Shown here: in pieces, positions 54,865-64,000 of the stretch
Numbering within the stretch: position 1 is the stretch's first letter
Layout of the letters: each line of letters begins with the position of its first letter
NCBI GenBank assembly: GCA_963833225.1
Contig: CAWHXD010000008.1
Span: 985,947-1,049,946, forward strand
Origin: an uncultured Chloroflexia bacterium
Lineage (GTDB): Bacteria; Chloroflexota; Limnocylindria; Limnocylindrales; CSP1-4
Direction: 5' to 3'
Length of the DNA: 64,000 nucleotides
The notes under the pieces: generated by a model
Databases searched by the model: none
Told to the model about the DNA's origin: nothing
Seen by the model: only the letters and a program-made list of their open reading frames with translations
Program-made: the position numbers and the translations under genes

Positions 54865-55252
54865 GCGGACAGTGCGCAAGCCGTTCGAGTACGCGATCGT
54901 CCGCGTGGTCCCACGGGTGGAGCGGGGCGAGGCGTTCAACGCCGGCATCGTGCTGATGTGCCGCTCCAGGCGGTTCCTGGGAGCCATCACCGAGCTCGAC
55001 GAGACACTCCTGGTGGCGATGGCGCCCGACTGCGACCCGGAGATCGTCCGCGCCCACCTCGAGGCCATCGAGGCCGTGGCGGCCGGAGCCGCTCACGCCG
55101 GGCCGATCGCCGCGCTGCCGCTGCCGCAGCGGTTCCACTGGCTGGTGTCGCCCTCATCGACCATCATCGCGCCGTCCGAGGTGCACACGGGCCTGACGGC
55201 GGACCCGGCGGCGACCCTGGAGCACCTGTTCCGGACGCTCGTCCGCCGCTAG
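54848..55252 (+). CDS. DUF3037 domain protein
   Basis: FEYAIVRVVPRVERGEAFNAGIVL..RFHWLVSPSSTII..HTGL; overlaps kinase by 17 nt. Confidence 0.9.
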   Translation: MPERPERTVRKPFEYAIVRVVPRVERGEAFNAGIVLMCRSRRFLGAITELDETLLVAMAPDCDPEIVRAHLEAIEAVAAGAAHAGPIAALPLPQRFHWLVSPSSTIIAPSEVHTGLTADPAATLEHLFRTLVRR

Positions 55253-55261
55253 GCCGCCGGC

Positions 55262-56296
55262 TCAGTCCGCCGCCTCGCCACGGGCATCGAGCGCACCGGT
55301 CGCGGCGTCCACGCACCACGCCGCCCAGCCGTATTGCCAGCGATGCGTCGCGCAGTAGCTGAGCCTCAGCTTCGGGAAGATGTGGCCGGTCTGCGGGTCG
55401 TGCGCACGGACCCACAGGAGGCCCGGCTCGTAGGTGGCGAGCGTTGCGCGTGACACCTTGGCCACCTTGGCGAGACGCCGGTCGAGGGTGGCGCGATCGA
55501 GGATCGTCGGGACACGCCGGTGATCTGGCCGGATCGCGTAGAGCTCATCGAGCGTGCCGTCGGCCCGCAGCTCCAGGTACGCCTTGTCACCGTCCAGCCC
55601 CCAGGCCATCGGGTTGTTGGCCACGGGGTAGCCGGCGATCGTGCGATCGAAGGTCAGGTACCAACTGCTGCGCGGAATGTGAGCTGCCACGTGCAGCGCC
55701 CCGCTGCCAGGATCGACACCGACCTGTCGCAGGGCGCGACGAGCCGCCCGGAACACCTCGGCACGGGAAGCCGCGGAGTCTGGCTGCGAGTCCCAGCCAA
55801 CTTCCACGACTCGAATCGCGCGATCGTCGTCGAGGTAGATCTTGAGCCGTCTGCCATGCGTGTGCGCGAGGCGCAGCGAGACGCGGTGCATTTCCAGCCA
55901 GTAGAAGCTCGGCTCCTCGTCCCTGACCTTGGGTCGGGGGTCGGATGCCAGCTCGAACCCGGCCTTCCGTGCGTAGGCGATCGCGGCCTTGGCCCATGCC
56001 GGATCCGGGGTTGGCGTCGGGGTTGGGGTTAGCGTGGCGGTGGGGGCCGGCGTGGTGGACGGGGCGGATGTCGGACTCGGCGCGGGAGTCAGGGAGGGCG
56101 TGGCCGGCGAAGTCGGGCTGGGCGATGGCACCGCGGGTGACGGCGAAACCGGAGTGGAGCTCGGTTGGTGGCTGGTGGCAGGCGTCCCCGGTGCAACCGA
56201 CGCCGGTACCGACGGGGATTCCGGGCTGATCGACGTCGGATCGACGCCGCACGCCGCGATCAGGAGGGCCGCCAACAGGAGCGATGTCACTCGCAT
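55262..56296 (-). CDS. Lipoprotein with long Pro/Thr/Ser linker
   Basis: Lipobox IAAC; PTPTPTP linker; C-terminal WCVDAATG (PepSY-like end). Confidence 0.75.
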   Translation of the reverse strand: MRVTSLLLAALLIAACGVDPTSISPESPSVPASVAPGTPATSHQPSSTPVSPSPAVPSPSPTSPATPSLTPAPSPTSAPSTTPAPTATLTPTPTPTPDPAWAKAAIAYARKAGFELASDPRPKVRDEEPSFYWLEMHRVSLRLAHTHGRRLKIYLDDDRAIRVVEVGWDSQPDSAASRAEVFRAARRALRQVGVDPGSGALHVAAHIPRSSWYLTFDRTIAGYPVANNPMAWGLDGDKAYLELRADGTLDELYAIRPDHRRVPTILDRATLDRRLAKVAKVSRATLATYEPGLLWVRAHDPQTGHIFPKLRLSYCATHRWQYGWAAWCVDAATGALDARGEAAD

Positions 56297-56360
56297 CCAA
56301 TCCCCTTCCCGGCAGCACAGACCACGGACGCCAGACGATCGCGCCAGCTGCTTCGTGGCG

Positions 56361-56672
56361 CTATGCCGCGTTCGCCCCTCCGTCCGACAGGGGCCGGTCA
56401 GCGCCCCGGCGCCGGAAGTGGAGGGCCACCGAGATCGTGACAACCATGATCGTGAGCGACACGCTGTTGGTGAGCATCATCGGCAGGTTGCCGAGCGCGG
56501 TCCCATACGAGATCCAGGCCACGAAGCCCACGCACAGCATCGACAGGTAGCCGATCGACACGTCCCGGCTGGACCGCGTCTGGAACATGCGCCTGACCTG
56601 GAGCGTGGGCGAGATCCCCATGAGCAGGCCGGCGATCGTGGCTGCGACGGCCAGGTAATCAGTCGTGGTCAT
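56361..56672 (-). CDS. SemiSWEET / PQ-loop family transporter
   Basis: 3 TM; LQVRRMFQTRSSRDVS; WISYG; MMLTN. Confidence 0.85.
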   Translation of the reverse strand: MTTTDYLAVAATIAGLLMGISPTLQVRRMFQTRSSRDVSIGYLSMLCVGFVAWISYGTALGNLPMMLTNSVSLTIMVVTISVALHFRRRGADRPLSDGGANAA

Positions 56673-57250
56673 GGACGCTTCCCCTGGGCTCTGAGCTCGG
56701 CCTTGTGCGCCCGCTTGCCGGCCTGGTACTCGGCGAGCGCCTCGGCCGAGTCCACGTCACCCAGGGTCGGGTGTGCCGGCGCGACCTCGTCCCATCCGGC
56801 GGGCTTGATCCCGTAGCGCTTGCCCAGGAGCGCCACGATGGTCCCGGCCTTCATCTCGCCGATCCCGGGCAGCGCGATCAGGCGCGAGTAGAGGTCGCGC
56901 GCGTCGGCGGCCCCGGCCCACACCCGCGAGGCATCGCCCCCGTACCCGTCGGCGATCGCGCCGCACAGCTGGCGGACGCGCTTGGCCATGTTGCCGGGGA
57001 AGCGGTGGAGCGCCGGCGGCGTGCGGAAGGCGGCCTCGAATGGCTCGTAGTCCATCGTCGCGAGCGTGGCGGCATCGAGCGTGCCGAGGCGACGGCGCAG
57101 CTCGTGGGGACCCGAGAAGGCCTTCTGGACGGTGACCTGCTGGTCGAGCGCGAAGCCGATCAGCAGCGCCAGGGGGTCCTCGGCAAGGAGCCGATCGGCG
57201 TCGGGGTTGCCGGTGAACGGGAGGTGGTCGGGGGGAACGGGCAGGCTCAT
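56669..57250 (-). CDS. HhH-GPD-type base excision repair protein
   Basis: DPLALLIGFALDQQV..KAFSGP..HRFPGNMA..LPGIGEMKA. Confidence 0.88.
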   Translation of the reverse strand: MSLPVPPDHLPFTGNPDADRLLAEDPLALLIGFALDQQVTVQKAFSGPHELRRRLGTLDAATLATMDYEPFEAAFRTPPALHRFPGNMAKRVRQLCGAIADGYGGDASRVWAGAADARDLYSRLIALPGIGEMKAGTIVALLGKRYGIKPAGWDEVAPAHPTLGDVDSAEALAEYQAGKRAHKAELRAQGKRP

Positions 57251-57308
57251 GCGGGCATCGTACGCGCCACCGCTCCACGCGCGCCTCGGGCGGGGCTAGG
57301 ATCGACCG

Positions 57309-58583
57309 ATGACGAATCCCGCCCCGTTCGCCGACACGCTCGGTACCCTCGCGATCCGCACCGGCCGCCTGCTCGATGTCGAGAGCGGCGAGACGACGCC
57401 CGACCGCGTCCTCCTCGTCCGCGACGGCCGCATCGAGGCCGTCCTCTCCCCCGCCGATGGCCTGCCGGACGGCACGCCGGTCGTCGACCTGTCCGGGCTC
57501 ACCGTCCTGCCCGGGCTCATCGACACCCACAGCCATCTCGTCGGTGAACCCCAGTCCGCGGGCGTCCCGGCCACGACCACGACCGGCGCCCAGGACGCGT
57601 TCCTGTCCGTGCGGAATGCGCGGGTGACGCTGGAGGCCGGCATCACGTCCGTCCGCGACCTGGGGACGTTCCGCGCCTTCGTCGACCTCGCGCTGCGGGA
57701 CACGATCGGCGCGGGCGAGCTCGAAGGACCGCGGATGCAGTGCGCGGGGGCCTACATCACGGCGCCCTGGGGCGGCGGTGACGTGGTGGGGCTGGCGCCC
57801 GACATCCGGCTGCCCGAGGAGCTCCGGTTCGGGGTGGTCACCTCGCCGGTGGAGGTCCGCGAGCGCGTCCGGCGGCTGCTCATCGGCGGGGCGGACGTGA
57901 TCAAGCTGATCGGCACGGGCGCGGTCCTCACGCGTGGCGGCGTGCCCGGCGTGCCGGAGCTGTCCGAGGAGGAGATGCGGACCGCGGTGGAGGAGGCTGC
58001 ACTGTACGGCCGGTTCGTTGCTGTCCACGCGCACTCATCGGAGGGGGCGCAGCGGGCGATCCGGGCCGGGGTCCGATCCGTGGAGCACGGCTCGATGCTC
58101 GGTCGGGAGACCATCCGGATGCTCGCGGACACGGGGACGTACCTGGGCGTGGACCTGTACGACGGCGAGTGGGCGCTGGCGCCGGGCAATGCCGTGGGCT
58201 GGCCCGACGACACGATGCGCAAGCTGCGCGAGACGATGGACACGGGGATCGCCGCGTTCCGGTGGGCCGTGGACGCGGGCGTGCGGATCACCTACTCGAC
58301 CGACAGCGGCGTGTATCCGTATGCGGAGGTCACCCGGCAGCTCGACACATACGTGCGATACGGGATGGCGCCGCTGGCCGCCCTGCGATCCGCGACGGTG
58401 GTGGCGGCCGAGTGCATGGGCTGGGCGGACCGGGTGGGGACGCTGCGGGCCGGACGCTTCTGCGACCTGGTCGCGGTGGACGGTGACCCGCTGGACGACG
58501 TTCGGGTCCTCGAGGCACCGGTGGTCGTGATGAAGGGCGGCCGCCTGGCGGTCGACCGGCGGGCGGTGGATCGGCGGGCGTGA
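57309..58583 (+). CDS. Metal-dependent amidohydrolase (Xaa-Pro dipeptidase-like)
   Basis: PGLIDTHSH; GADVIK; VAVHAH; SVEHG; STDSG; GRFCDLVAVDGDP. Confidence 0.92.
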   Translation: MTNPAPFADTLGTLAIRTGRLLDVESGETTPDRVLLVRDGRIEAVLSPADGLPDGTPVVDLSGLTVLPGLIDTHSHLVGEPQSAGVPATTTTGAQDAFLSVRNARVTLEAGITSVRDLGTFRAFVDLALRDTIGAGELEGPRMQCAGAYITAPWGGGDVVGLAPDIRLPEELRFGVVTSPVEVRERVRRLLIGGADVIKLIGTGAVLTRGGVPGVPELSEEEMRTAVEEAALYGRFVAVHAHSSEGAQRAIRAGVRSVEHGSMLGRETIRMLADTGTYLGVDLYDGEWALAPGNAVGWPDDTMRKLRETMDTGIAAFRWAVDAGVRITYSTDSGVYPYAEVTRQLDTYVRYGMAPLAALRSATVVAAECMGWADRVGTLRAGRFCDLVAVDGDPLDDVRVLEAPVVVMKGGRLAVDRRAVDRRA

Positions 58584-59376
58584 TACCGGCATCGACCACT
58601 CGTGGTCGCGGTCCGCTCGAGTCGAGGCGCGGCCGAGGCCTGGAGCGGGACCAGCGGCCCGGCACGTTCACGGCGGTGGCCGCCACGAGGCCATGGGCAC
58701 GTACGAAACCGCTTCGGCATTCCTCGGGGACACGTACCTGGAGCTATCGGCGTGTTCGATGCCGGCCTCGTCCGCTCGTCGGAGGCGTTCAAGGTTGGCG
58801 GCGCCGCCCTGGCGAGGCTCGAGTCTGGACACGAGGGGTTGGCGACCTACGCCCTCGCGACCGATGACGTGGAGGGGACGTGGCGCGGCTCCGGGCGTCG
58901 GGGTCATCGATCGGGGGTCCGGTTGCCGGCGCGCGGCGGCGGGACGACGGGGAGATCGTGCGCTGGGTCACCGCGTTCCCGGAGCTGGGGCCGGAGCGCG
59001 CGCCGTTCCTGATCGAGCACGAGCTCGCCGGGGCGGAGTGGGGCCCGGAGGCGCGGGCGGCGCGATCTGCGTTCCGGCACCCGGGCGGCGGTCGGGTCCG
59101 GCTGGTCTCGCTGGAGCTGCCGGTGGCGGACGCCGGGCTGGTGGCCCGCGAGTACGAAGCGGTGCTCGGGATCGCGTTGGGCCGAACGGTGGCGGGCGAC
59201 GGTCGGCGAGTAGCAGCTGGCGCTCCGCGAGGGCGGTCGGGGACCCCACGGTGGAGCTGACGGGCGAGGTCAGCGGAGGCCCGGGCGCCGGGCCGGGCGC
59301 GGGGCGCGAGGCAGGCGTGCATGGAGAGCTGGTGCGCCTCGGGATCCGGTGGCGGCTTGCGCTGGGTCCTGCCTGA
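58580..59376 (+). CDS. VOC/glyoxalase-like family protein (multiple frameshifts)
   Basis: IDH(L)VV; GGRHEAMGT; FLGDTYLEL; RRRDDGEIVRW; PFLIEH distributed across frames. Confidence 0.75.
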
Positions 59377-59407
59377 GGCGCTCGCGACAGCCGCAGAACG
59401 CGGATGA

Positions 59408-59962
59408 TCAGCCGTGATGAATGGCGACGTTTCCGGTCGAGGGCGGAGCCGGAGACGGTTCCTGAGGCGAGATGACGGCCTCGTTGATCACGAGTGGTGA
59501 TGAGGCGCTCGATATCGCCGGCCGGCGACGGCGGACGCCATGGCGTGTCTCGCTCACCAGCGGTGATATTCGGGTGGGTTGGCCGGGGGGCGCGCCGGGG
59601 ATTGGAGCAGGGGAGCGCGCCGGGCGGGTCGGGGGCACGCCGGGGAGTGGCCGGGGCGCTAGCCCCGGATCCGCTCGAGCTCCGCCGCGGCGCGGCTCAC
59701 CGGGCGCCCGTCCGGCCCGCGTCAGCACGACGCCGCCGATCCGGTAGGCCAGCAGGAACGCCACCACGGATGCCGACCCGAGATACAGCCACTGGGCCCA
59801 CGCCTGCGCACTGTCGGTGCCTGACCCGATGCCGTGGACCGTGGCGCCGACAAACGCGAGGAAGGTGAGGTAGTGGAGCGTCCGCCACGCCCGCTGCGGC
59901 AGGTGCGGCCGGAGATAGGACGACGCCACGACCACGATCGCGAGGTACAGCCCGACCTGCCC
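59408..59962 (-). CDS. Ferric-reductase-like transmembrane protein, 5'-truncated at the junction
   Basis: GQVGLYLAIVVVASSYLR..WRTLHYLTF..HGIGSGTD; reading frame runs into adapter-like sequence. Confidence 0.75.
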   Translation of the reverse strand, partial: GQVGLYLAIVVVASSYLRPHLPQRAWRTLHYLTFLAFVGATVHGIGSGTDSAQAWAQWLYLGSASVVAFLLAYRIGGVVLTRAGRAPGEPRRGGARADPGLAPRPLPGVPPTRPARSPAPIPGAPPGQPTRISPLVSETRHGVRRRRPAISSASSPLVINEAVISPQEPSPAPPSTGNVAIHHG

Positions 59963-59981
59963 AGCAATACGTAGTTCAGTT
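59963..59981. other. Nanopore adapter remnants marking a chimeric junction
   Basis: AGCAATACGTA (reverse complement of adapter end TACGTATTGCT) followed directly by GTTCAGTT (adapter top strand), exactly at the GC discontinuity. Confidence 0.85.
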
Positions 59982-60362
59982 GAAGAACCAGAAAATAAAA
60001 CGAACCAGTGGCAGGAACATTACTGATTGCTGTGGCAACCAGGTTCCGGTTCCATAACGTTGCCTAACTTGCCAGGGTCTAAGATGTGAACGTTCCTGTC
60101 GAGTCCGTGTCTCCCGAGCTAGGAAAATGAGATCACAACGACTGGCGTTGTTTCCAGTTTGCGGCTTAACCCAACCGATGCCACCGATTCCATTTATCGA
60201 ATATGTGTCGATGGTGTATGTCCAACCGGCCCGGGAGAGATTATTGTGGATGACTGTCAGTGTCTAACTGATTTTTCGGAGGCGGCGATGGCAATCCAAT
60301 CACTTCGTATGGCCGGAAAAGACGTCATCTGCACTTCAGGAGTGAGAAAACCATTGGAATAA
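59982..60362 (+). CDS. 3' fragment of a Cys-rich conjugation-region protein upstream of traN
   Basis: ..RICVDGVCPTGPGEIIVDDCQCLTDFSEAAMAIQSLRMAGKDVICTSG; stop 13 nt before the traN start. Confidence 0.5.
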
Positions 60363-60375
60363 AGGTTTCAATAAT

Positions 60376-63300
60376 ATGCTAACTCGACTCTTTTTCACAA
60401 CCGTGTACTCATCCTGATTCTGTCCCTTTCCGGAATCGTGGACTCGCGGATTGCGGCAACAAGCTGCCAGGATGATTCGCTCCCGGTGTTACGCAATACA
60501 AGTATGCCGACGCTCTGGCTCATTTCGTTTTTTACTATGGGAAGACATACGCCATAGCCAGATCGGCCGTCACGGGGGCAACAGTGGGAGCTGACGCATA
60601 TTCGCGTTCAACGCGAGAATCGATAACGAATACAGAACGGGCGTGGACAATTCATCTCTAAGAAACTCCTGGCCTTGGGAAATATGGCGATGCCCGTCCC
60701 GTAATCATTATAGATCAGGACACCCTCGATTGGCTCATCAAGCAGTACGGCCGCTTTCTGGGTGATGCGACTTCAGCGCAAAGCACCTACGTTAATGCCT
60801 GGAAGGATTTTGGGGTAGGCTTGCCGTTTCTGAAGATGACCGGGAAGCGCCCTATCGTTTACAAACTGGGTTGGAGCACCACCTACGTGTCGAAGATCAA
60901 AGAGCCTCAGGCCGTCACCATGGGGAAAGACGGGCTCTGGTATAACGGTCAGAAGGCCAACGATTATCTCAGATAGTGGAATTCGATGGTCAGCTCGATT
61001 GTGCTATAGACCTAACACCTTCCCAGGTCCCTATCCCCCGGAGGCGCCACCGCCATTCCAAGCCGAAAATGTGCGGGGAGGACATAAATAGCGATGGAGA
61101 CATCAGTGAAACGACATGCTGCGTGTATCGAGACCCCTCAAGGGATTTTGCCCAACGGGAGCGGTAGCCTGTGTCAACCAGACGTCTGAACCCTATTGTC
61201 CGCCCGGATCCGGTCTCGACATCGACAGGAACATGTGCCAGGCAGACTATACTGCGATGTGCGGTAATGGGTATACGTATGACAGCAGCATGGACCGATG
61301 CGTAAGCTCGGCACAATGCCCCGACGGAGGCTCACTCAACCGACAACCGACAAGTGCGAGAAGATACTCTCCCACGATTGTCCAACCGATTACACCTATG
61401 ATTCGATTCTTGGCAAATGCACGAAGACCCCCACTTGCCAGTATGGCGCCTACGTACCGGCCAGGGACCGTTGCGAATTCGCGCTGGACCGCGTCCTGTC
61501 CTACGGGGTGGACCTACAACGCACAAGCGGTATCTGCCAACGGTCACCCTACTGCTCGTCAGGGACCTACAGCACCACCTACGACCGTTGTACGAAGACA
61601 TATTACAACGGCTGTCCAACCGGGTACACCTACAATTCCGCCACTTCCCGGTGCGAAAAGTCGCCTCATTGCGGGGAGGGAACTTTCGACCGGCGACTAA
61701 CAAATGCACCTGGACCACGTCTTCGTCACCGACATATTCATGCACTTCCGGAACTCTGAGTGGGATCAATGTGTCACAACTCAAACAGCAAACCCAACAA
61801 CAGGATATTTATCATCAGAATGCAGGGGCAACGTTTCCTTTTGTAACGCGGCATACTACGATATTTATGCCCGCTGGACTACCTGCCAAGATTACTATGG
61901 TGCTCTCGGCGGGCTGACTTACTGCATAACCCAATGCAATGCCCAATGCAGCAGCAACGAGAGGTGCCAGATCGGATGGAACTTTGATACGGGTACCAAT
62001 CTTTGCAAACTGAGCACTTATACGCCGGCGATTCCTCTTGTTCTTCCGGACCCTCGACCCTGGTAGCAGCCAGTGCGAAACCAACAACCAGATAAACCCG
62101 ACATTCCCTAGCGGTTCTTTCGATTATCGGCCCATATCTGTTATGCACTGGCGATCAAAAAATGTGATTCAGGCTTTACGTATGATGCTGCAAGCAACCT
62201 GTGCTTAAAAGATCCAGAATGTTTCGGCGGCGTGTTGAATGGAGATTGGACAAATGCGAGACGGTTATCGCGAAAAGCTGCCAGGGATATTCCTACGACT
62301 CCACTTCAGACCTCTGTTATTCGCAGTTGTCTGCGACCAAGGCACGTATGATGCGGACAGTAAGCAGTGCGTGGTATCCTCGACGAATGACTGCGGGTCC
62401 GGCTATATCTTGGATGCTGTCCGGGAAGTGTCAGGCAGATCCTCAATGCCATGGAAGACCCATATTTTCCTGAATTCAACGATCGCATATTCCGCGGACC
62501 TGGATGTTTGCGTTTCACAAACGGAACATAGTGCCCGTCTGCCATGACCTATACCGACCCCAATCCAGAAATGCGAAGCGGTGCCCGTCTGCATAATCGG
62601 GACATATGACCCGATCTACATAAATGCAATGAAGGGAAGACATTCCATTAGGCGTTCAGTATGCCTGCATGGAGGTCGACAACTTCCAGTGCAGCCCGAA
62701 CAAGTGCCAGGACCCTGACAATCACCCCGAAGGCGCTGTTCAGCGGGAAATGGATCAGACCATGCTACAAGATGACGCAAGGAATCCGGACGGATCCTGT
62801 GCGGGACAAATCATGATCTTCAATGGCAAAGCTTCACGGTGTCGGCCTCCCGGGCTTGACGTCGGCTATCTCAACGACTGCTGCGAGAGCGACAAGTTCA
62901 CGACGGAAGACCTGGGGAATAATATTTCAACAGTTGCCAGTGGGATCAGGACGGCCTGGCAGATAGGTAGGTGTCATATTAACAGCTATGGAATGGAAAG
63001 GGGCAATAGGTTTCCAAGGGTCAACTGGTACTGTGATCAATCTCCGAGGAGGTGTCTCCACTGTTGCGACTGTGAGCGCTGAAGCAGCTCAGGGATGCAG
63101 TCGCTGCGGATGCTGCGATGGCGGAGAACAGGAGCAGGAACAATAACAGAGGAATAGGGGCATATGCGGGTGCTCTCTTTAATCCGGCTACCATTATCGT
63201 CGCAGTCGTAGTCATGGTTGTCATGAAAGTCTTGTTTGGTAGTGGTTGTGACGAAGGGGATATTCAGGCTGGCCAACAGGCCAAATCCGACCAGTGTCAT

Positions 63301-63645
63301 ATGTGGGAGACTATTGCGCAAACGAATGGCCTACGGGGTGTGTCCAAAAAGCGAAGGCATACTGTTGCTTTAATTCCAAGATGGCCAGGATTATCCAAGA
63401 GCAAGGCAGGCCGCAGTTGACTGCGTTTGGAGCGATTGGTGGATGGGGGCCACCTGATAACCCGGATTGCAGAGGGTTTACCCCTGAAGAATTTGAAGCA
63501 CTTGATTTCTCAAGATTGATTTGTCGAATATTATAGTGAAATCCAGTCTGGAATGGAAAAGAAGATTGAAAACGCTCAGGAGCGAATCACCACCACAATT
63601 CAGAATCGTGCGGAACAGATCAATAGAGTGACAAATCTCTTTTAA
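60376..63645 (+). CDS. traN: F-type conjugative mating-pair stabilisation protein TraN (heavily frameshifted; ends approximate)
   Basis: IMIFNGKASRC..DCC; YVGDYC..CVQKAKAYCCFNSKMARIIQEQGRPQL..WG..PDCRGFTPEEFEALDFSR; many CPxGYTY-type Cys repeats. Confidence 0.88.
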
Positions 63646-63660
63646 GGAGGAATTTTAATT

Positions 63661-64000
63661 ATGAAAAAATGTTTGTTTTTGATCACAATCGGTGCCTCAG
63701 TAAGTCTATTTTTGGTTGTGCTGGGCATAATACTACGGCCGGCAATGTTGCGACCGCTACCGCCATCGATGCAGCAGAAGGAGTTCCTTATGCCGGCGTA
63801 ATAAGTCTTACTGCTACGGCAGTCGATATTTTCGCGAATACGGGGAAGCCAAAAATGGAAGAATACATCTCCGGGGTTCTCAAAAAAGTTGAAGGGAGCT
63901 CCTTTTGAATAAAAGCAGATGGATTTAGGTTACTCCAAAAGGTAATAAAATGGTTTCCTCGTCGCTACAAGGACGGCGATAAAATCGTAGTTGTTCCTGT
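63661..64000 (+). CDS. Small lipoprotein downstream of traN (frameshifted; may run off the window)
   Basis: AGGAGG RBS; MKK..hydrophobic..FGCAG lipobox-like sequence. Confidence 0.5.

Noticed and set aside
59963-64000. ICE or conjugative element integrated in this chromosome
   Set aside because: Adapter sequence at the border, both sides begin mid-gene, and no integrase or att site is present

Overview
Bases 1-59962 are a very GC-rich bacterial chromosome segment. Gene content and widespread leaderless genes suggest Chloroflexota or a similar lineage; this assignment is inference. The segment carries a class II ribonucleotide reductase (nrdJ) with tandem NrdR boxes and a structured leader, and a small nuclease/TA islet (PD-(D/E)XK protein, NERD protein, vapBC). 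It also has a c-di-GMP-I riboswitch directly upstream of a 31-aa hydrophobic ORF, two secreted proteins sharing a C-terminal FN3 plus beta-sandwich module, and a second TA pair. Further genes include cfa, DegV, SPFH plus RHH, udp, an RpoD-type sigma factor, a two-component system, two DEAD-box helicases, a Lon-like protease and a HipA-like kinase/DUF3037 pair. Several intergenic regions look like structured RNAs. Many genes have single-base indels typical of an unpolished long read. At 59963-59981 the sequence matches Oxford Nanopore adapter on both strands and GC drops sharply. The last ~4 kb (a frameshifted F-type traN and neighbours) is therefore most likely from a different DNA molecule (chimeric read), not an integrated element. 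Protein families were recognised from motifs by eye; no database search was run.
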